Source of the DNA: Candidatus Saccharimonadota bacterium
GTDB lineage: Bacteria > Pseudomonadota > Gammaproteobacteria > Enterobacterales > Enterobacteriaceae
Direction of reading: 5' to 3'
DNA: 32,000 bases
Assembly (NCBI RefSeq): GCF_000090965.1
Contig: NC_008513.1
Span: forward strand, 30,001-62,000
In this document: positions 27,387 to 32,000 of the stretch, piece after piece
How the letters are laid out: every line of letters starts with the position of its first letter
Position numbering within the stretch: position 1 is the stretch's first letter
Translations under genes and position numbers: made by a program
The notes under the pieces: model-generated
What the model was told of the DNA's origin: nothing
What the model saw: only the letters and a program-made list of their open reading frames with translations
Database searches by the model: none

Positions 27387-27551
27387 TTAAATTTTTTTTT
27401 CTTGATATATAACGTGTTTTTTAATTATAGGATCATATTTTTTAAGTGATAATTTGTTTATTTGATTTTTTTTGTTTTTTGTAGTTGTATAAAAATGTTT
27501 ACTTCCACTTGATGAAATTAATTTTATTTTTATTCTATTTGTTTTAGCCAT
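27387..27551 (-). CDS. rpmG: 50S ribosomal protein L33
   Basis: Not in the ORF track because it is short. The minus-strand ATG at 27551 gives [54 protein letters not shown] (54 aa), which matches E. coli L33 [55 protein letters not shown]. Lies downstream of rpmB. Confidence 0.95.
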   Translation of the reverse strand: MAKTNRIKIKLISSSGSKHFYTTTKNKKNQINKLSLKKYDPIIKKHVIYQEKKI

Positions 27552-27562
27552 TTTTTCCTATT

Positions 27563-27784
27563 TTATATAATATATTTTTTATATATTTTTGAAATTCCAA
27601 ATTTATTAATCATTCGAATTCCCTTTTTTGTTATTCTGATTCGTATTTTTTTTTTTTTTTCTGGTAGCCAGAAGGTATGGTATTGAATATTTAAAGAGAA
27701 TTTTTTTTTTGTTGCATTCATTGCATGTGAGCGATTTTGTCCTAACATAGATTTTTTTTTAGTAATTTGACAGATTTTAGGCAT
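27563..27784 (-). CDS. rpmB: 50S ribosomal protein L28
   Basis: MPKICQITKKKSMLGQNRSHAMNATKKKF matches E. coli L28 [29 protein letters not shown]. rpmB-rpmG order is kept. Confidence 0.95.
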   Translation of the reverse strand: MPKICQITKKKSMLGQNRSHAMNATKKKFSLNIQYHTFWLPEKKKKIRIRITKKGIRMINKFGISKIYKKYII

Positions 27785-27898
27785 AGATAATCCTATTTAA
27801 AATAAAATATTTGTATAAAGAATATATTTAATTTTTAAAAAATATATATTTAAATAATTCTTTGTATTTATTTAATGTAAGAAAATTTTTAATTAAAA

Positions 27899-28438
27899 TT
27901 ATTTATTACATAGATTATATCTATTTACAGAATCTATAATTGTTGATTTTGCCATTTTTGAATCTTCCCATCCATTTATTTTTACCCATTTATTTTTTTC
28001 TAAATTTTTGTAATTTTGAAAAAAATGAATTATTTTTTCTTTTATTGAATTAGATAGTTCATTAATATCATTGATTTTTTTATATTCATTGGTTATTTTT
28101 TTATGCGGTACCATTATTATTTTTTCATCTATTCCAGATTCATCTTCCATATTTAACATTCCAATTGGTTTACATCTAATAATTGATTTTGGTTGAATTG
28201 GATATAAAGTAGGTACTAAAATATCTAATGGATCTCCATCTAATGAAAGCGTTTGATTAATAAATCCATAATTACATGGATAAAACATAGTGGTTGGTAT
28301 GAATCTATCAACATACAACATATTAAAAGATTTATTTAGTTCATATTTTATTGGTTTTGAGAAGGCTGAAATTTCAATAATTCCGTATATATCATAAGGT
28401 GGATTTTTTCCTGCAGGAACATTTATTATATTTTTCAT
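27899..28438 (-). CDS. ppa: Inorganic pyrophosphatase
   Basis: 179 aa. NVPAGKNPPYDIYGIIEI, YVDRFIPTTMFYPCNYGFINQTLSLDGDPLDILV and KWVKINGWED are collinear with E. coli Ppa. Confidence 0.96.
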   Translation of the reverse strand: MKNIINVPAGKNPPYDIYGIIEISAFSKPIKYELNKSFNMLYVDRFIPTTMFYPCNYGFINQTLSLDGDPLDILVPTLYPIQPKSIIRCKPIGMLNMEDESGIDEKIIMVPHKKITNEYKKINDINELSNSIKEKIIHFFQNYKNLEKNKWVKINGWEDSKMAKSTIIDSVNRYNLCNK

Positions 28439-29624
28439 TTTAAATATTATTTTTTATTATAAATAATAATTTGTAAATTTTTATGCATATAAATGTTTAT
28501 TTAAATTATTATTTGTTTTTCAAAATCATAATTATAATTAATTTATAATTATGAATAATTTAGAAAAATATTTTAATTTTAAAATTTTTAAAAATAAAAT
28601 ATATTCAGAATAATAAACATATATTTTAACATAAATATATATAAATAATGTTATAAATAATATTCATATATTAAATTAAAAGATTAATATAGTAATTACT
28701 TTTTATAAAATATATAATGATATAGTTAATTTAGTATTACTTTTTTTTAAAAAAGTAATAATTTACTTTAATAAAAATCTTGTTAATAGAATTATTAAAA
28801 TTTAAAAAAAATATTACTTAATATATTAAAGAAAATTAATAAATACGAATAGTATTAACTACTATAGTTATTTTAAATAGTTTAATAATTTATACATAAA
28901 AATTTTTATTTTTAGTATATTTAGTAATTTTTTATTAAAGAAATATATAAATTGATTAATTAATTGATTAATATTTTTAAAGATATAATGTCTAATTTAG
29001 TTTAATTTTATTAGATATAGAAAATTTATTTTATAATGAAAAAATAAATTTTTTTATTTATGTTAAACTTTTTAAACAAAAAAAATTTTTTTTGTTAAAT
29101 ATTTTAAAATTTTTTTTTTAGAAAAAAAATATTATTTAATTTATTTAATAGTAAAGGATTTTTTAAAGTAAAAAAAAAATATAGAAAAGGTATTTAAAAA
29201 TTTAGTTATTAAATATATATTCTTTAAATTATGTCAACATGAAAAATACTAGATATTTTAGTAGAACTTATAATTAGTTTATTATAAGTAATAATTCTAT
29301 AAAATTTTTTAATTTAATATTATTAATAATTAATATAAAATTATTATTAATTATAGAATTATTCTAATATAAATTAAATTTTTTAATAGATAATTATTCT
29401 AAAAGAAAAATGTAGTTTTTAAATAGGAAATTAAACTATATAATATCTTTTTAATAAAAGTATTTTTTTAGTAGTTTAATCAAATATATAGTTTATTTTT
29501 TTTTATATTATCAATTATTGTAATAAAAAATTGTATTTTATTTTTATTTTATTATAAGAAAAATTTAAATTATAGAATAATAATAATATATATATGAATA
29601 TATATATTATTTTTTTAAAAAAAG

Positions 29625-29969
29625 ATAAGTTAATTTATAAGCCGGGTTCTGTTTACACAGTCATTTATCCAGATTAATAATCACTTATTAATTCAAGCAG
29701 CTTACCCGAAGATAAGTACAGGCTATACTCTTCTTATTTAGCCTTGCTCCAGACGGATGTTTACCTAGCCAAAATTGTTACCAATTCTGCGGTACGCTTT
29801 TACCGAACCTTTTCACCTGTATCTATTAAATTATATAGATAGTTTATTTTCTGTGGCACTAGTCGTAAGATTTCTCTTCCCAGACGTTATCTGGCGTCTT
29901 GCCTTACGGAGCCCGGACTTTCCTCTATTTAATATAGAAATATTAAATAGCGACTGTTCAACTAACTTT
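29625..29969 (-). ncRNA. rnpB: RNase P RNA (type A M1 RNA)
   Basis: The reverse complement starts AAAGTTAGTTGAACAGTCGC (E. coli GAAGCTGACCAGACAGTCGC). It contains the universal GAGGAAAGTCCGGGCTCC, ACGACTAGTGCCACAGAAA, GGTAAAAGCGTACCGCAGAATTGGTAACA, CTGGAGCAAGGCTAAATA and ACAGAACCCGGCTTAT, then a P1 3' strand AATTAACTT followed by a T7 run. It is the only G/C-rich block in this part of the window. Ends are +/- a few nt. Confidence 0.93.
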
Positions 29970-30820
29970 ATCATTTTTTTTTTTAATAATTTTATTATAT
30001 AATATATTTTTATTAAATCTACATATTTTTGCAGTTATTTTAATTGCTTTTGATAAACTCATTTCTTTTTTTAATATTGATAATGTTTGTAATATTTTTG
30101 AAGAAATTTTTTTTTTTTTATTTTTAATACCATTAATTATTATTAAAATTTCTCCTTTTTTCCAATAATTATTTTTTTTTATTTTTTTTAAAAATTTTTG
30201 AGTTGTCCCGGTTTTTATTTTTTCCCATTTTTTTGTTAATTCTTTAGAGATTGATATTTTTTTTTTAGGACCCATAATTTTTTTTATTAATTTAATTGTA
30301 TTAATTAATCTTTTAGGTGATTCATATAGAATAGTTGTACGTTTTTCATTATTTAAAGAGTATATTTTTTTTTTTAGTTTTTTTTTTTTTTTTGGTAAAA
30401 ATCCTTCATAACAAAATCGATTAGTTTTTAAACCTGAAGAAATTAATGCAGAAATTGCAGCACATGCTCCCGGTAACGGAACAACTCTAATATTATTAGA
30501 ATATGCTTGTTTGACTAATAAATATCCAGGATCATTAATCAAAGGAGTTCCAGCATTTGAAACTAGAGCAAGATTTTTTCCATCTTTTAACATTTTAATA
30601 TATTTTTTTGTTTTTAATTTTTCATTAACTAAGTGATATGAAAACATTTTTTTTATAATAAAAAATTTTTTCAATAAAATAGAAGTATATTTTTTATTTT
30701 CAGAAATAATAAAATCTACTTTTTTTAAAATATTAATAGATCGATATGTTATATCTAATATATTGCCAATAGGTGTAGGTACAATGTATAATAATCCTAA
30801 ATTATTTTTTTTTTATACAT
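29958..30820 (-). CDS. rsmI: 16S rRNA (cytidine1402-2'-O)-methyltransferase RsmI; ATG start out of frame across an A10 tract
   Basis: The frame is open from 30812 to the stop at 29958. It encodes LYIVPTPIGNILDIT.., ALVSNAGTPLINDPGYLLV, VVPLPGACAAISALISSGL and RFCYEGFLP, collinear with E. coli RsmI (YraL). The track ORF begins at an internal TTG (30674). The only upstream ATG (30820-30818, MYKKKII*) is offset by one nt. Reading 11 instead of 10 A gives 287 aa, as in E. coli. Confidence 0.85.
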
Positions 30821-31083
30821 AATTTTATAAATCTTTATTATTGTTAAGAATATAATATGAGAATATTAATTAATAATTAATTCAAATGTTAATTTAAATA
30901 TTAATTTAAATAAATAATTTTATTATAACATATTTAAAAAAACAAAAAATAATATATTATATAAATTATTAATATTTTATTAATTTAATATAAAAATTTT
31001 AAATTTAATTTCATATATTATTTTATAAAATGAATATTGTTTGTTTTATAAAAATTATGTATTAGTAAATAGGAAAATAATTT

Positions 31084-32000
31084 TTGAAAAGAATAGTTAT
31101 TACGGGATTTGGTATTTTATCAAGTTTAGGTAGTTCTGAAAAAAATATTTTTAAATCATTAAAATATGGTCTTTCTGGAATAGAATTTTCTCAAGAAATG
31201 AAAAATTATGGTTTATATAGTACAGTTTGGGGAAATATATCAAAAAAAAAAATTAGTAAAATACCTAGAAAATATTTGAGATTTATGAATTTAGCATCGA
31301 TATATTCATATCTTTCTATGAAAGATGCTATTACAAGTAGTAATTTAGATACTGAAATATTTATGAAAAATCCTAGAGTGGGAATTATTATTGGATCAGG
31401 AAGTGGATCTACTCAATTCTATAAATCAATTTTTAAAAGAATACATAATAATTCTAATTATTTAAGTCCTTATGCTGCAATTCAAAATATGTCATCTTCT
31501 ATTTCTGCTTGTTTAGGATCTTTTTTTAAAATTTATGGAATGAGTTATTCTGTAAGTTCAGCTTGTGCAACTTCAGCCCACTGCATTGCTCATGCTTATG
31601 AACTTTTAACTACTGGAAAACAGGATATAATTTTTGCAGGTGGTGCGGAAGAATTAAGTGTAGAATTAGCATGTCAATTTGATGCAATGAAAATATTATC
31701 CTCTAAATTTAATAATACACCCGAATTATCTTCTAGAGCATTTGATAAATATAGAGATGGATTTGTGATTTCAGGTGGTAGTGGAATTTTAGTATTAGAA
31801 GAATTAAATTTTGCATTATCACGAAATGCTAATATATATGCAGAAATTATTGGATATGGTACATCTTGTGATGGAAATAGTATTACTTTACCATCTGGTG
31901 ATGGTTTTATACGCTGCATGAGAAATGCATTAAAAAATATTACAGAATCAGTAGATTATATAAATGCTCATAGCACATCAACACAAATTGGTGATATTAA
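31084..32000 (+). CDS. fabB: 3-oxoacyl-ACP synthase I, N-terminal about 305 codons (runs off the window end)
   Basis: Not in the ORF track because it is open at the window end. TTG at 31084, then KRIVITGFGILSSLGSSEKNIFKSLKYGLSGIEFSQEMK.., active-site SSACATSAHC, IFAGGAEEL, and DGFVISGGSGILVLEEL. Collinear with E. coli FabB (MKRAVITGLGIVSSIGNNQQEV..). No stop through 32000. Confidence 0.93.
   Translation, partial: MKRIVITGFGILSSLGSSEKNIFKSLKYGLSGIEFSQEMKNYGLYSTVWGNISKKKISKIPRKYLRFMNLASIYSYLSMKDAITSSNLDTEIFMKNPRVGIIIGSGSGSTQFYKSIFKRIHNNSNYLSPYAAIQNMSSSISACLGSFFKIYGMSYSVSSACATSAHCIAHAYELLTTGKQDIIFAGGAEELSVELACQFDAMKILSSKFNNTPELSSRAFDKYRDGFVISGGSGILVLEELNFALSRNANIYAEIIGYGTSCDGNSITLPSGDGFIRCMRNALKNITESVDYINAHSTSTQIGDI

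Noticed and set aside
28439-29624. Long A/T spacer considered as a replication origin or mobile-element remnant
   Set aside because: I saw no DnaA-box-like words (TTATCCACA or its complement). I also found no terminal inverted repeats bracketing an ORF and no transposase or integrase fragment. It is kept only as a probable deletion scar in the findings.
29775-30002. 75-aa + strand ORF
   Set aside because: It lies on the opposite strand of the RNase P RNA gene. The open frame results from the locally higher G/C content of the structured RNA.
31674-31919. 81-aa minus-strand ORF
   Set aside because: Antisense within fabB, whose + frame is open from 31084 to the window end and matches FabB, including the active-site Cys motif.

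Overview
The window is an extremely AT-rich, gene-dense gammaproteobacterial chromosome segment. Intergenic DNA is almost pure A/T, and lysine/AAA-rich proteins are everywhere. Gene content and E. coli-like micro-synteny are clear: thrU-tyrU-glyT-thrT/secE-nusG-rplKA, metF/argB-argG-argH, rpsU-dnaG-rpoD with divergent tsaD, cca, ligA, Val/Lys tRNAs divergent from gltX, fliE/fliFGHIJ-MN-PQR, rpmBG, ppa, rnpB, rsmI and fabB. A flagellar export/basal-body gene set without filament, motor or chemotaxis genes sits beside arginine-biosynthesis genes. My inference, not a database result, is an obligate insect endosymbiont with a strongly reduced genome, most likely a Buchnera aphidicola lineage. I support 32 protein-coding genes or gene remnants (two partial at the window edges), 6 tRNAs, RNase P RNA, a few hairpins and two tandem repeats. 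I found no transposase, integrase, phage gene, CRISPR array, toxin/defence module or foreign-composition island. I therefore cannot honestly report a novel multi-gene system here. What deserves a second look is genome erosion and possible compensation. (1) fliJ and rsmI each have their ATG plus a few codons separated from the conserved body by a 1-nt frame offset inside an A9/A10 tract. This suggests transcriptional slippage, recent inactivation or homopolymer sequencing error. (2) fliF carries a perfect in-frame 54-bp tandem duplication. (3) The flagellar type III apparatus is stripped down: no fliK/L/O, fliM cut to its middle domain, and the FliG torque-ridge charges lost. (4) An orphan crr homologue lacks both catalytic histidines. 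(5) argB lacks its glycine loop and its argC/argE neighbours. (6) Cca has lost its HD-domain catalytic residues while all six local tRNA genes lack an encoded CCA. (7) LigA has no BRCT domain. (8) A gene-free spacer of about 1.2 kb separates ppa and rnpB.
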